This document shows positions 49,172-63,074 of a stretch of 64,000 nt of DNA, piece by piece (the stretch's first letter is position 1; each line of letters starts with the position of its first letter). The notes under the pieces are model-generated. The model made no database searches, was not told where the DNA came from, and was given only the letters and a program-made list of their open reading frames with translations. A program made the translations under genes and the position numbers. The DNA comes from Azolla caroliniana (lineage: Eukaryota; Plantae; Polypodiophyta), in the NCBI GenBank assembly GCA_043228905.1, contig JBHGNT010000013.1, forward strand, positions 20,646,001 through 20,710,000. The letters run 5' to 3'.

Positions 49172-51697
49172 TTATAATTTTGAAATTGACTTCTTGGCTG
49201 TGGAACCATGTCCAGATATATACTTACGCATCGCTTCAAAGTGTTCTGGCTTCATTCCTTCATAATACTTGTGTGCTCTTTCCTGAAAAGAGTAACAGAA
49301 ATGATATATCGTTGTAAAGTCATCATTGATGAAGAATATATATACCTGATATATCATTAATAACTGAGATTCAAAGTTAAGACATCTTAATAAAAGCTCC
49401 CCCTGTCATTGATCTAGGAGGCCCATATTTGATTCATAAGGCAAAGAGGAAAAATGTCATCATGAAGTATTGTACCGTAGACAATATCCCAAATCCAAGT
49501 TCATGATACCATACATCCAGAAGGTTGAGCTCATATGTGTATGCCTTATTCACACATGGAGACTTGGTGCTTCAAAGTATGAATATCCCTTCTTAGGAAG
49601 GAGACATACATCAAGATAACTTTTGCACTTAGGTCCTATGGGTCAATATTGGCCTCTCTATGGACGCTAAATGTATCTATCTATAACACTAGACATATAA
49701 TCATTTGGCATTTACATTATCATGTGTGATGATTGCATCAGCCCTCATTGCAACAAAGACCTTAAATACAATTTTCACACTAGCAATAGCGCAAAAACAA
49801 TTCTTACAATCTGGGTATAAAACAATACAGAAAATATTACCTTCTCCAAAGCAGCACCCTCAGCGAAGCTAAGCTTGAAGCCATCATTAAGAACTGACTT
49901 GTATTTCAAGACCATGTCTTGCTTATTTTGCAATAGGCTTTCTGCAATTTCTATCGCAGTTGCCAACACTTGTCCTCCAGGTTGAACAACTTTATTGACT
50001 AATCCCCATCGTTCGGCAGTTATAGCATCTAATGGTTTGGCAGTTAACGAAAGCTCTTTTGCTCGATTCAAACCAATAATGCGCGGAAGTTTTTGTGATA
50101 ATCCCCATGATGGAAAAATCCCAAACCTAATAGAAGCATTCCAAAGATTTCAAATTCAGAAATTTAAGTAGGGAAAGTTTTCTTTCAAAAAATCGTTCCT
50201 TTTGAAGTATATTTTTTATACACATTAAAAAGAGTACCATTTTGACAAAGCAAACCCCTGAAATAATGTGTCAAAGAATCCTACTAGATATCTCTGTATT
50301 TCAAAGTGGATTTTATTCCCAATATCACCATCATAGTTGGTAAGAAGACATGCATAAAAAACACAGCTATCCCAGAATGTACTAAAGCATGTATCCACGA
50401 ATGTAGTAACAAAAGGTCTTATGCTAAAATGTGTAACGACTATAGTAACAGAAGAGATAATACAAAAATGCGGCCCATACTTGCAATGTGTATCAATGAA
50501 TTTGGCATCACTACTTGCAACGAGAATATCACATGTCAATGCTATCTCAAAACCAGCAGTAACAGCAAAACCATTGATAGCTCCAATAATTGGCTTTGAG
50601 CAAGCTTCCATTTGGATAACAGGATCCTTCTCTTTGTCTTTCACATCTCCTTTGAAAACATCTTCTGCCGCAGTTAAATCCTGTCGATTCATAGTATAAC
50701 TTAATTTTGTAGATGTTTTTTCAGAATTCATAGTGAGGAAGCAACTAGATCACCCAAAAACTGTTGAAAATAATTATGGTTGTAGCAAATCCCAATAAAT
50801 TTGTGGTACTTTTCTCATCATTTCCTGATATTTTTTGAGAACTAGAGGGGATGAATTTCACTGAACACTAGCTGGCCCAAGGTCATGATCAATCAAAAGA
50901 TCATATTTGATAAACTGCAAGCATTGTATTGAAGGCGTTAAATTAATCAGTTCAGATATAGGTTCAGCACATTGTTTGGGATTTTTTTATTTACTAATCA
51001 GTCTAGTTTCACTTTAGGATACGGAATTATGAGCAAAAAAACCATCTATTCACAGGGATTTAGCTTTAAAATCCCACAGGTGTTTTAATGAATGACGCCC
51101 AAATCCCATTCCCAAACACCAGTTGATCACTGTAATTATGTGTATTTGTCTGTAAACAGATTATACTTGTATGTAATATTCATGCAACAAGTTCTATTTG
51201 TGTGTAGCATGTATGTTGTATATACATGTTATGCTTGTATGCACTCCATATGCATCCCATTGTGTTTATAACAAATGTATCGTATGCATGTATGTGATTA
51301 TTAGAACCTAACAGGATGTATTGTATGTTTTATATGTATCATATATAGCGTGTTATGTTGATATCTAACACGCCTGCATTGCTATATGGTGTGTATATAT
51401 GGTGGCACTAGAATACACGTGTTCCATATCCGGTTCTTAATCAAAATCATAAAGAAAGAGAGGTAACAATCAACATACCACCCCGGAGCAGAAGGCACGT
51501 CCGGCGCCGGTGAGGATGATAACCTTGACTTCTTCATTTGAATCCAAGGACTTGAAGATCTGTGCAAGATCTGTCATCATTGATCTGGTTAACGAATTCA
51601 AAGACTGTGGCCTATTGATGGTTATGAGAGCAAGGTTTCCATTACACCTGCTCTCCACCTTCAGCAAGCCATCCATAGCGGCTCTGCTTCCCACCAT
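49172..51697 (-). CDS. ECHIA: Peroxisomal enoyl-CoA hydratase/isomerase (crotonase family, ECHIA-like). Exons 51697-51479, 50680-50481, 50126-49841, 49282-49172
   Basis: ITINRPQSLNSL, ILTGAGRAFCSGVDL, KPIIGAINGFAVTAGFEIAL, FGIFPSWGLSQKLPRIIG. C-terminal PTS1 SKL. An alternative start is at 51676. Confidence 0.93.
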
Positions 51698-51837
51698 TTC
51701 TTCTCTGCCTCCGGCGTCCTTCTTGTTTCTGCTTCTCAATCGGGTGCTGTTGCCGATTGATTCATTCATATATATTTGGTTCTTATGTTTCTGTTATTTA
51801 CGGAAGTGGTCCCATCCTCCCCTTATCCGGACTCCGG

Positions 51838-51851
51838 TGTATGTATGTATG

Positions 51852-51883
<32 letters not shown>

Positions 51884-51993
51884 TATATATGTATGTATGT
51901 GTGCATGTATGCATGCATGTATGTATGTATGTATGTATATATGTGTGTATGTATGTATGTATGTATGTATGTATGTATGTATGTATGTATGTA
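51838..51993. repeat. (TATG)n microsatellite upstream of the enoyl-CoA hydratase gene
   Basis: Directly visible. Confidence 0.95.
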
Positions 51994-54900
51994 TCAAAGA
52001 AGCAGCTCCAATGGACAAAGTCACAAATATTTTCCCCAATAACCTCATGCGTTCATTAGTCGCCACTTTTACTCCAACCTATTGGAATGAATGAATGGTT
52101 GCCCACCCCCACACTTCTCGTCAAAACCCCCATTTGTCACTGACCCCCCCCCCTCCTCCTTCAAGCTGTGTAATTCCTTTTGTCTTTTCGTTTTTATGAG
52201 CCTGCGATTTTCAATCAGATGCCGACAATTCCCTCTTTCGTCCACTTCCCACACATTTTGTCATCTCCATCTGTCATTTCCTACAATTTGTTAAAATGGC
52301 CCTATTCTTTTGGTCAAATTCCACTATACATATGTGCCAACACTTTTATTATAACAAGTCAAAGTGAAGATTTGAGAGTTTCACATTTCCATTTCCTTCA
52401 AAAACAATTCTTCGGAGCCCAAGAAATCACTCGGGGGAACTCGTCAATTTTCTTCGTCTTCTTCCTGTATTGAGTCGTCTTTATCTTAAATTTGTGTAAA
52501 TGACCCGACACTTTTCCATGAAACTACATTTCTAGACGTTTTAAATCATACAAGAACTATCAAAGCATGACATGAAAGTATTGGCTTTACATTTCATTTA
52601 ACACGCCATGTTATTGTTTGTACTTATCTAAAAAGTGACCAATTGTGAAGGCACTAGAGCTTCTCCAATTTCCATTCATGCCATAATTTACCATCAAGAA
52701 TTACTACTCATGTGATGAGGTACATCTGAATCTCAAGTAAAAATATTTATATTGAAACATTGTGTTATTTGTCCAACCTAGGTATGAACACGAATTCAAG
52801 TATTAATCTAATTATATTCCAACCAAGTACCTAGGCAAACAAAAGCTTGAAGGAAATTTAGAGTTGTCAAGTTTGACTTGAAAGGCTAACAACCTCAATC
52901 AAAAGTATGGGAATGTACTAATAAGAAATAACTACTTTAAAGGTGGGCAAACCACAATTATAAGAATTCCCCTCTCTAATCTATGTAAACGCTAGGTTTA
53001 GCAAATAGAAAAGGGTTCATGCTATCTCCATAATTAGTACAAATAATTCTAAGGTAGACATATCTATCTTTTTTACCCTCCATTGGAATGTTTATCATTA
53101 TAGACATAATCAATAAAATACTAAAGAGTGCATTATTGTTATATCCATAAGTGCTCAATCAATCCTTAGGTATTGGAAATTAATGAGTGTGTATATGAGT
53201 GACAATGAACAAGTATAATATCAAGGAATCAGCAAACTAGAAGTACGCAAACACTACAACCAACTATCAACAAGAACCTCCTATTTACTATAACCTCGCC
53301 CTTTGAGAACTCAACAACATTCAAATCCTTCAACATGTTAGTTACCTTTAACCAGGCCATTGAATTTGACAATGAATACTACACGTATTTAGTACTTGTG
53401 ACTAGACCTAGTGTCGCCTAAAATGTGCATGTGTGTGCTACTCAAACTAGTTCACGGGGAACCTGAACCAAGGAGGGCGTGATGTTGTGTGAGAAGACTC
53501 AACACCCTTCGTGGGTTTCCATTGTCTAATCGCCTTTTTCGAGAACTAGCCCTTCCGCGGGGGTAGGCCCAAGGAACTCATAGTCGAGTCGAGTCGAGGA
53601 ATCCTCAAAGTCGAGTAGAGGAAAGCTCAAAGTTGAGTCAAGGAAACTTCAAAGTCAAGTTGAGGAGTTCTTTCCCCTCTCATCGGCAATGTGAGGGGGG
53701 CTCTCTCTCTCAAGTGGAGCTTAAGTGATCAACACAATATTAGGGCTAATTACACCTATTAAATATAACATGACCAAGATTAAGATCCAAAACTCTAGTT
53801 TTTTACAAGAAATCCATTTACAAAATAGAGTTTACAATACAATTACAAAATAATAACAATAGTGATTATGAGAAGTGCTTACAATGGTGGTAACAAAAGT
53901 TAGGATGATTAAACTAACAATGATGATCCAAACTTCATGGACAAAATTACCCACCTATGATCCACAATTATGCCACCTCTTGTTGATGTGGGGTACTCCG
54001 TGCCACTTTGAGCTTTCTTCCTTGACTGATGAACCAAACCATCTTACGACTTCTTTCTTCCACCCTCGCTTGACATGGTATGAAAGCTTGAGAAGATTAT
54101 CCCAAAACATAAATAGAAGATGATGAAGGAGAGGTGGTCCATACTCCACTCTCACACTCAAGGCTCTCCCAACCCTAAACTCCAAGTAAGTAGAAGAAGG
54201 AGACGAAACCCTAAACTCAGAAAAACAATGACCACCAAAACCTTTGAACACCCAAAACCCTAACACCCTGAATGAAGGGGACCCAAAATGAGCACTTCTC
54301 TCCTCTTTATATAGTGAGAAAGATGTCTGCCAACCACATTTAATGTTTACCTACCCCCTTTTCATTGACATGTAGAATGATACTCCCTTATGCACCAAGT
54401 ATGGCTTAAAATTTGCCCCTTTTGTCCCACAATATACTACTTGTTGTTTTCATCACAATTACATGGTTGGAATCCTCTTTTCCCCCTCGTTCTTTATTTT
54501 CTACCTTTGGAGCCGGCACATTGTGACATCAGGATGACATGTAGTTGAAAGATTTAGCCCCTCTAACAAAGTTGTATTAAAATTGTTTGATGTCATCAAC
54601 ACATTTCTCGCACAAGTTAATGTGCATCTAAAAGGTGTGAATGATTAAGAGAATGGTGCCTTTATAAGGTAGATGGGTGAGGCATGAGGGCTATTAATGT
54701 ATTTAGAACCATACGAGCTACAACTCTTTTTCTACTCAAAGAATTTTTGGTAATCATGCTTAGGCTCTTTGTTGTTGTAGTACCCAAGCAACCATATACC
54801 ATCCACACAACATTGAAGGCAATGACATGTTGCGCCCATACCCCAAATTGTTGAGTTCAGTGGATTGGCTACATGTTATTATAGACAATTTTATTTTATC

Positions 54901-55199
54901 TACTTCCCATCATTTAGTGTTTTCCATGATGAATTTCTTTGGATGTTCCACCAAAAAGTATCCCAAAGAAAACCACAAGTAGCTCTACGTCAATTGTCTA
55001 TGTTTGGAAGGAGTAGCCCTAAATTTTCATTCAAGTCCTAAAATCGAAATCATAAACCAAAAATTCTAACACAATCCATGTTCAACAACAAAGTAGCATT
55101 ATATAATAAATTATAAATTTTAATTTTATATGGGTGTCAAACAACAAATTATATCAAATTGGACGCCTTGATCCAAAATCCCCCCCAAATAATGAGCTC

Positions 55200-55897
55200 T
55201 CGAATTACCACATTCCAATGACTATTTATACATAATTCACTACCGATGGGAGCATGGCAACATGGGAACCTTAGCTCTCCTAATTGTGTAGAGTGTCCAA
55301 ATGCAGTAGAATCAATATGACACGCTCTGTGGGACTACCCAACGTCCCATCGAATATGGCGGGGGGTTGGCCGCTTGTTGCAATTATGCAAGGTGCAAGG
55401 CTCAATCAAGTGGGGAAATATATGTTGGCTATCATGGCAAACCCCAGTTGGCAGATATGAGCATCAGGAGGAGGGGATGACTCTACCATCGGCAATGTCC
55501 ACTCAACTCCTCTTAATGACAAATCGCAAGTTGTGGTGAAATTGGTCAGCCCAATAACTCTTTGGATTCTATGGAAACAACAGTGTAGACAGGTCTTCTC
55601 CAACCAAATCGCGCATCCAACAATGTTACTGCAAGAGATATGGAGTGAAATTGTAGCCACTCTAAAGAGCCAATATGATGGCCTCAAGGGCGGCTCCAAT
55701 GGAGTTGAAAGACAACGAATAGCCTTCATCCAACAATGGTCATCATCTCCCTTTCTTGAGTTAGTGGGCATCCACGTAAGATGGAACTATCGCGTCCCTA
55801 CAGGGATTTGTACATAATAATCTCATTTGTAAAATTTTATAACTAATGGAAGGAGTTTTTTTTTTGGAAAAAAAAGAAAAAAAAAGAAAAAAAAAAA
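55200..55897 (+). mobile_element. 5'-truncated LINE 3' end with poly(A) tail
   Basis: ORF 55533..55817, SPITLWILWKQQCRQVFSN...IWSEIV, resembles a plant LINE ORF2 C-terminus. An A-rich tail follows at 55868-55897. The 5' boundary is approximate. Confidence 0.65.
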
Positions 55898-57137
55898 GGA
55901 GACATTTCATCTCACTCATTGTAAGATACAAAAGCTAGTATAAGCATATGATCAAACAGATGAAGTCATATATGAAACAAGTAGAACAATACTATTAGCT
56001 ATGCAACATAAAAGATATAATTTTGCTTGTTTATCTCACACCAAATTGGATTTAATGGTAGATGAATCCTTGATGTCTTCAAATCATCGTTTTCTCTTGC
56101 CATGAAAGTAACATGTTTGTACACCTATTCCTAACTCTTGTTGAGGCCATCAAACCCATCATCGTTTTCTAGTAGAATTCCCACCTTTCATATGCTCTTT
56201 TTAACCATCCAACTTTAGGAAAAGGGGGACTTCGCTCAAATCCACTACTTTTTTATCATGCCTTGAGAGTTGAACAAAATGTTGCTTTAACTCCACAAGC
56301 ACCATTGTTGCATTCATGTGTCTTTTTCTTGATGCTATGTTCAATTTGTCAAACTCGTATTGGCTACATTGCATTATCAAAGTTCAAACTCTTCAAGGAG
56401 TTGGTCTTCTATAACCTCACAATGTGACCATGCAAAAGCAAAGACACCATCTCAATGTTGTATATAATGCCTAAAAATTCCAAGATATATTAATTTATCT
56501 AGTGCAATTGTATCACACTCATGTCATATTGTTTGCAAAGGTTTTGCTCTAGTAACACCATCATTTGTGGGATCTTAGACTCTTGACTACCACTTATCTC
56601 TCTCTACCACCACTTTCTTGTTGAGTTCACAAAAATGGATGTAAACCAAGAGATTCATCTTATCTTCGATGTTTCGCTTTTGTTTTGAGCCTTCTCGACT
56701 CTAGGATCTCATTTCAATCCTAACTATCTATGTCACTAGCCTCTCGTTCCATTGTTAACTCTCTTTGTCATTAGGCTTTTGTCTCATTGCTACTGTGTTG
56801 TCACTGACATGTGATGTCATTTGCTTCTAAATTAATCGTCCTCGTTACAAAATAGGTTTGACAAGGGAGACTCATAGACCAAGGCTTAAATAATGATCAA
56901 AACTTTTGTACACATGCATGAAGAAGTGGTTTGAACCTTGTACATAAGTTATATAAAACATTATAACTCCCATTAAGATAGAAAATATTAAGTGATAAGG
57001 ATTGATTTCTTAAAACACAAAGAAACTTTATTGGAAAGTCCATGCAAAAACACATCGAACCAAGTCCATGAGCTTAAGAATAGACATGAATGCCAAGTGA
57101 CACCATGTGCTCGAGCATCCCATCATGGGTAGACCGA

Positions 57138-59685
57138 ATGAACCATACGTATCATATATGCATTCGCATTCGCGAATGATTCATACATACGTGTATGGTA
57201 AATCATCTCCAAGTTGGATTGGATAGACACGTTTGATTGGATTGAATATGGTCTATATTATATAATATATTGATTCACTCTCAATCCCAACAAGTGGACT
57301 ATGTCATTATAAACTATCATCAAACATTCAAAAACTCATAAAGCTTATATTCGAGAATATGAAGAAAATATGACACTAACAAAAAATTCTACTAGAAATT
57401 CTACTAGTTCAATTGATGTAGTAATTTGTTTGAGGACTCTCACTAGAATGTGCCTCATTATTACCAAAAACATAATTGTCTTCAATGTCCTCGTCTTGCA
57501 TACTATTGAGGATATCATTTGAATTTTCAATATGTAAAATTTCTCGCTCTTTTTGCAAGTTCAATAACCTTTCAACATCTTCCTCTTTATCAACCATTTC
57601 CATTGTAATTTCCAATGGGGTGTAACCTCTTTCTTTGATCATCTTGAGAAGCCGTAAATTAGTGTGCAAGTACACTAATTTCTCCACATGGCATGGGGAT
57701 AACCTGTTTCTTCTTCTTGTATGCATGAGAGAAAATGTATTCCAATTCCTTTCACATGGAGATGCACCAGAACCTTGTGAGAGCACACGAATTGTGAGTT
57801 TCATCAAATTGGGAGTAGTTGTTCCAAATGTTTCCCACCACATAACTGGATTTTTCATTCTATTTAAATCTTTTGCAAATGGAAGATGAAACATATAGCA
57901 TGTCTGTTTTCTATAAGCATAAAACTCATCTATCAAGGCATCTTGCAAAACTTGATTGCCACTAGCATAACGCATGATTGTTGTCATCCAACTAGTATTC
58001 AACATATTATTTATTACTTGACCAAGTCCAGTCCATATTGGATGCAAAACATACCCTGAGATGTAATGGAGATTGCAACATTGACCATCTATTTCTGCAA
58101 TACAGTTTGATTTCATCAAGCTTCATAGGATCAATTTCTATCAAAGACATATTATTTATTTCTTTGATCATTTGTTGCGTAAGATCATAAATCAATCCCA
58201 TAGTAGCACCCTCCCTATCTGCTAAACGAAGTAGTTTCAAAATTGGTAAGCATAATGTCACTATCATTTTCACATTTGACCAAAATCTAGCATAAAAAAT
58301 AATTGTAACTATCTCCTCAACCTTCTTTGTTCTAGATCCCTTCCATTTGCCCCATTGTTCACTGACCATCATTCTTCTCAAACCACCATATACTCTCTCA
58401 TCTAGCAAATTCGAAAGAACAATAAAACTATATGCAAACCTTGTGTTAGAAGGTTTAAGCAATTCTTTTTTACTAAAACTTCGAAACATTGCCAAAACAT
58501 TTTGTTTTCTAGTTATGAAAACGGTAAACTTCATAGCTAATCGCAAAGTGTTATCAATCCAAGCCAATTTGGTGATATCCTCAAATAACAAATCTACACA
58601 ATGGCATGTGCATCTAGTATAGAAAATTGATGGCCACTCTTTTTCTATCATCTCCCCTGCCACCACACAATTAGTAGTGTTATCCATACAAACTTGCACT
58701 ACATTCAATGGTCCAACTTCGAGAATAAAATCTTTTAAAATGTTAAAAATGTATTCTCTTGTCTTAACATGACCACTTGTGTCCACTGATTTCAAAAATA
58801 CCAAGCCATACATAGATGATGCCATAACATTAATAATCGGTCTATTTCTTGTATCAGTCCAACCATCACTAACGATTGTGCATCCATATGTTTTCCAATA
58901 TTCTTTCATTTGTGATAAATCACGTTCGACATGTTTAATTTCTACATTCAAATACTTATTGCGCAATTGATACGCAGATGGTGGTTTAAAAGAAGGCCCA
59001 ACTTGTCCAATAGCCTTAAGCATATCATGGAAAAATGAACTTTCTACTTTTCCATGTGGAATATCTTCAGCATAAAATAACTTTGCTACTGCCTCTTCTG
59101 CATTTTTCCTTAATTGCATATTCCATGCCATTGGTAAGGAACTACTTGCATCCAATTTCATTTTTTTCCTTGTTTCACTACATGCTTGAGGTTGAGATAC
59201 ATTATACATTTCATTTTCAGAAATCAATGCAGAAGTAATACTTTGATTTTCATTTCGAATAGGTGCATCGACATTTGAAACAACTTCCTCACTTGCAATC
59301 CCCATTAATCTCTTGATTTGCTATTTTACATCATTACTTGCATGTTTACATTTCTCCTTGCCTTGTCCTCTCAATCCCAATAAGTGGACTCTAATCCGTT
59401 GTGGACCACCAACATAAGTATGGTTGCAATATTTGCATTGCATCACATGCATACCTTTGGGATGCTTCTTAAGAATCAAGACATGGTTCCATTCTTCACC
59501 CTTTTGTCTACCCATTTGATTACCTAAATTTCACAAAAATTGTAGAGCCAAAGCTACAGAGAATTGAGGACTTACTGATGAAGACAGAAGCAAGTCTGTT
59601 TTACATACAAGTTTGGAATATTTAGGCAAGTTGTATGTTGTAGTTGTTGCAATGAAGATGTTGGGGCAAGGCCTGCAACAAAGTC

Positions 59686-59731
<46 letters not shown>

Positions 59732-59893
59732 GGGGGAGAGGGAGCAACACAGAGAAACAGAGAAGCAACGTCTCTTTAAAAAAAAATACCAAAAAGGGGA
59801 AAAAAAAGGACCACACATTTTTCCCGTTTCAAACGTGTTCGTTTCCAAACGTATTCAAACCTGCCTCCACGAACACGAATGTTACGTTCTATG
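57138..59893 (-). mobile_element. hAT DNA transposon with near-complete transposase pseudogene (59515-57409)
   Basis: BED finger (W..V...CKYCNHTY...RIRVHL...C), DUF659-type core (GCTIVSDGWTD, VQVCMDN, CTCHCVDL, TRF) and dimerisation domain (WWETFG...SPCERNWNTF). One in-frame TAG at 59321 and a frameshift near 58060. The right end ...GTTCTATG is followed by GACCG, which also precedes the left end. Confidence 0.9.
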
Positions 59894-61542
59894 GACCGTA
59901 GATCTATATAAACCCCGAAATGTGGATCATAAGCGGGAGATGAAGCCAACATGATTTTATACTATCATATGTAACTTCAATCTAAATTATAAATAAATGG
60001 CTGATCTACTTTTCATCTATTTGTCTTAATAGTGTTATGCATATGGTTCTAACATGCATATATGAATCTCACACTTTGTCATACGACTCATTTGGGAAGG
60101 GGCTTCCCTTCCCTCATCCTTGTGCATGCTATTTCTCTATCTCTTGGTTTGTCAGGTCCAACACTAGTAATTTAGTCACAAAAATATAAATACAACCCTT
60201 TCAATGGCTCTTCGTTGAGCTATTGAGAGGATTTTGTAGATAATTAAGTATATGATTCCTTCGAAGTTAAATATTTGATGCACATAGAAGAAAAAAGATA
60301 AATTAGATCAATTTGAGGAGTTCATTCTCATTGCCATCAACAATGCTATGATATCTTACTGGGTTGTAACGTTAACACTTATTTTCATGTTTTAATATAT
60401 TTAGTTGTTTTGTTTGGTACAAAGCTATTAAACTTCTAAAACATAGGATTTCATGAGTTTTAGAGCACGCTAACCAATAAATAAATAAACCTCTTTTATG
60501 GGGTACATAATATGTGTGCGATGTTGTCCTCAACACATGTTCTATTAAATTCGAGAACTTTACTCCCAACATTTCAGAAATACCACTAAAAAATTGTTCA
60601 CTTTTCGAGTGAAAAGTGATGCTTGTTGCTATGGTAGCATTGTTTTGTCTATATTAGAATCTATTCCTTTTGAAAGCCCAGTTTAAAAAGTAACATGTAA
60701 AGCTAGTTAAATCTACGTGACAACGTCTCACTCTCATGTTCTAATCAGTCTCTTTTCACTCGAAGGCACATGATATTTATAGTTTTTGTATTTTATTGCA
60801 AAAATCTCCCCCTTTTTCTTGAAAGGTTAAGTCATTTATATATATGCTTGCCACACTTGAGAAAGTGCTAATTATGGGTATAAGGAGAAGGAGCCTTAAT
60901 ATTCGTACAAGACACAAGGAGTCTCTTCATTAGTGTTGTGGAAACTTTGCTAATTATGGCACGAGGAGACAAAGAAAGACTACCTAATCAAAGCACAAGG
61001 AGAGGGTCCATCGATGCAAACAACTAGGAAAACATCACTTCATTGAGGCACATGAGAGGGTTGATTAGTGCCACGTAGTGAGAAACCCAACTCATGGCTC
61101 AATAGTGCTAAAAAGTGAGATAACATATGTTCATAAGGGGGGATTGATCAGGGGGTGGTGATTGTTAAAAACAAAGAGAAAGTGGCGTAAGCTGAGGTAC
61201 AAGGAACAAAGAGAGGGTTCGCCGATTTCAACCCAAAAGCCATCAGGAAAAGTTGAGACAAATGTGGGGAGAGGGACGCGGGCAGAGTTTAGTAGCCGAT
61301 TGAAGGAACAAAGAGGAGGGGAGGGGGGGCGCTAGCAACTAGCTACAAGGAAAACAGACCGGAGACAAGAGTGTAGGGAGAGACAGGGGGGGACAAGCGT
61401 ACTGTGGATTAGATATCTTTTTTGTAGTTTCCAAAGGGAGGCCATATATTGACCAATGGGACCTTGAGAAAAGGAGAAAAGAGATCAAAATTAGACGTAA
61501 AAGGAAAGGGGGGGGGGGGAGAGAGAGAGAGAGATCCTAGAT

Positions 61543-61745
61543 GGATGTAGCTTAGTTGGTAAGGGTGCCCAATGGAGACAAAGAGGTCATGGGTTCAACC
61601 CTTACATTCCACAGTGGCATCTAGTGAATGAAGAGATATGTATGTATAAAGTATATAATAGTGAGGTGAGAAAATTAGGTTTTGAACCCCAAGACATAAG
61701 AGCTTGTAGTGTATGAACTTACCAATAGGGTAAGCTAATTACAAT
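61543..61745. repeat. tRNA-derived repeat with two inverted tRNA-like halves
   Basis: Plus strand: A-box TAGCTTAGTTGG, B-box GGTTCAACCC and stem GGATGTA/TACATTCC. Minus strand: TAGCTT...TTGGTAAG...GGGGTTCAAAACC. The anticodon arm does not fold by eye. Confidence 0.6.
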
Positions 61746-61748
61746 AAA

Positions 61749-61779
<31 letters not shown>

Positions 61780-62022
61780 GTTGTCGGTGAGGTGCTTATG
61801 TGTTTATAATTTATTTGTATACATATAAGGAGAGAAGAAGAAGAAGAAGAAGAAGGAAGATTTAAGAGAAATTACAAAACTAAGCTTACCACAAAAGAAA
61901 GGCAGTTAATCAAAAAAGAAAGAAGAAAGAACCAAAGCCCCCCCCCCCCCCAAAAAAAAAAGGACAACTAAAACACCCACCATCTCCACCACCACAGCTG
62001 AGTGTGAAAGACAGACAGACAG

Positions 62023-62063
<41 letters not shown>

Positions 62064-63074
62064 CAGAGAGTGAGAGACATAGATCTGCACCAGTAGTAGT
62101 AGTAGTAGTAGCAGTAGTAATACATAGTAGTTGCACTACTAGTAGTGGTTACTTAACCCACCATTGCTCCATTCCATTCCATTCCTTCTCCCTCCCTCTC
62201 TTTCTTTTCTTTTGCAGTCCTTTTTGCTCTGTTCTTAACGTAATGATCCCTCAAGAAGCAGTTGTTTTAGTAGCCGCAGCAGTAGTAGTAGAAGGGAAAA
62301 GAGAAGACGACGACGACGACGAAAGAAGAACAGAGATGATGGTTCCCTGTTCCTCTGTTCCCCCCTTCCTTACCTGAGATCCCTTACTTCCCCTCTTTCC
62401 TAAGGGTATATAGATCTCCTCAGATTTTTGTCTTCCTCTCTTTTGATTTCCCTTGTTTTCTGCTTGATCTCATAGCTTTTTATTTGCATTTTGGTTTATT
62501 CTCATTGCCCTTTTTTTGGCTTGATTCCTCTGCTTCTTTTGATTTTCTGTTTGCTTTATTGTTGTTGCAAGACGAAGATTGGCCGAATCGATGTGGATTC
62601 CCGTGATACTCTTCATCACTGCTTCTTCTTGATCTGATTTCCACAGGTAAACATCGTGTAGATTTTTGCCTCGTCTTATCACTATGATCTATTAGTTTTC
62701 AAAGATTTTTTGGGCGGAGCAATGATAGTCTCCTTTGAGTTTTATAAGCTTTTGTTTTTTTCTGCATAAATATGACAGAAATTTGCATAAAAATGATAGT
62801 ATTATATTTGGTTTTCTATTCACTTGTTTTCATAGATATGATGGTGCGTATATTTTCATGTTTTACAATTTTTTTCTGCATAGATATGGTGGTGTATGTT
62901 CAGTTTTATAAGACTTTCTGCGATGTGTTTATGTCACTCATCATTAATATTCGTGTAATGAATGGCATTGTTCATATACACTCTGAAAAAATCTCAAGTT
63001 CCAGAGATTTATGATTCAACCTGTCTGATACCTTTCAATGCATACAGGGAAGGATTACGATTTTGTGCCTGAGA

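Noticed and set aside
53100-54400. Possible minus-strand LTR or retroelement leader remnant
   Set aside because: The composition is suggestive, but I could not define termini, a PBS, a TSD or coding motifs.
61543-61612. Possible functional tRNA gene
   Set aside because: The anticodon arm does not pair and the acceptor stem is imperfect. A diverged second copy indicates a repeat.
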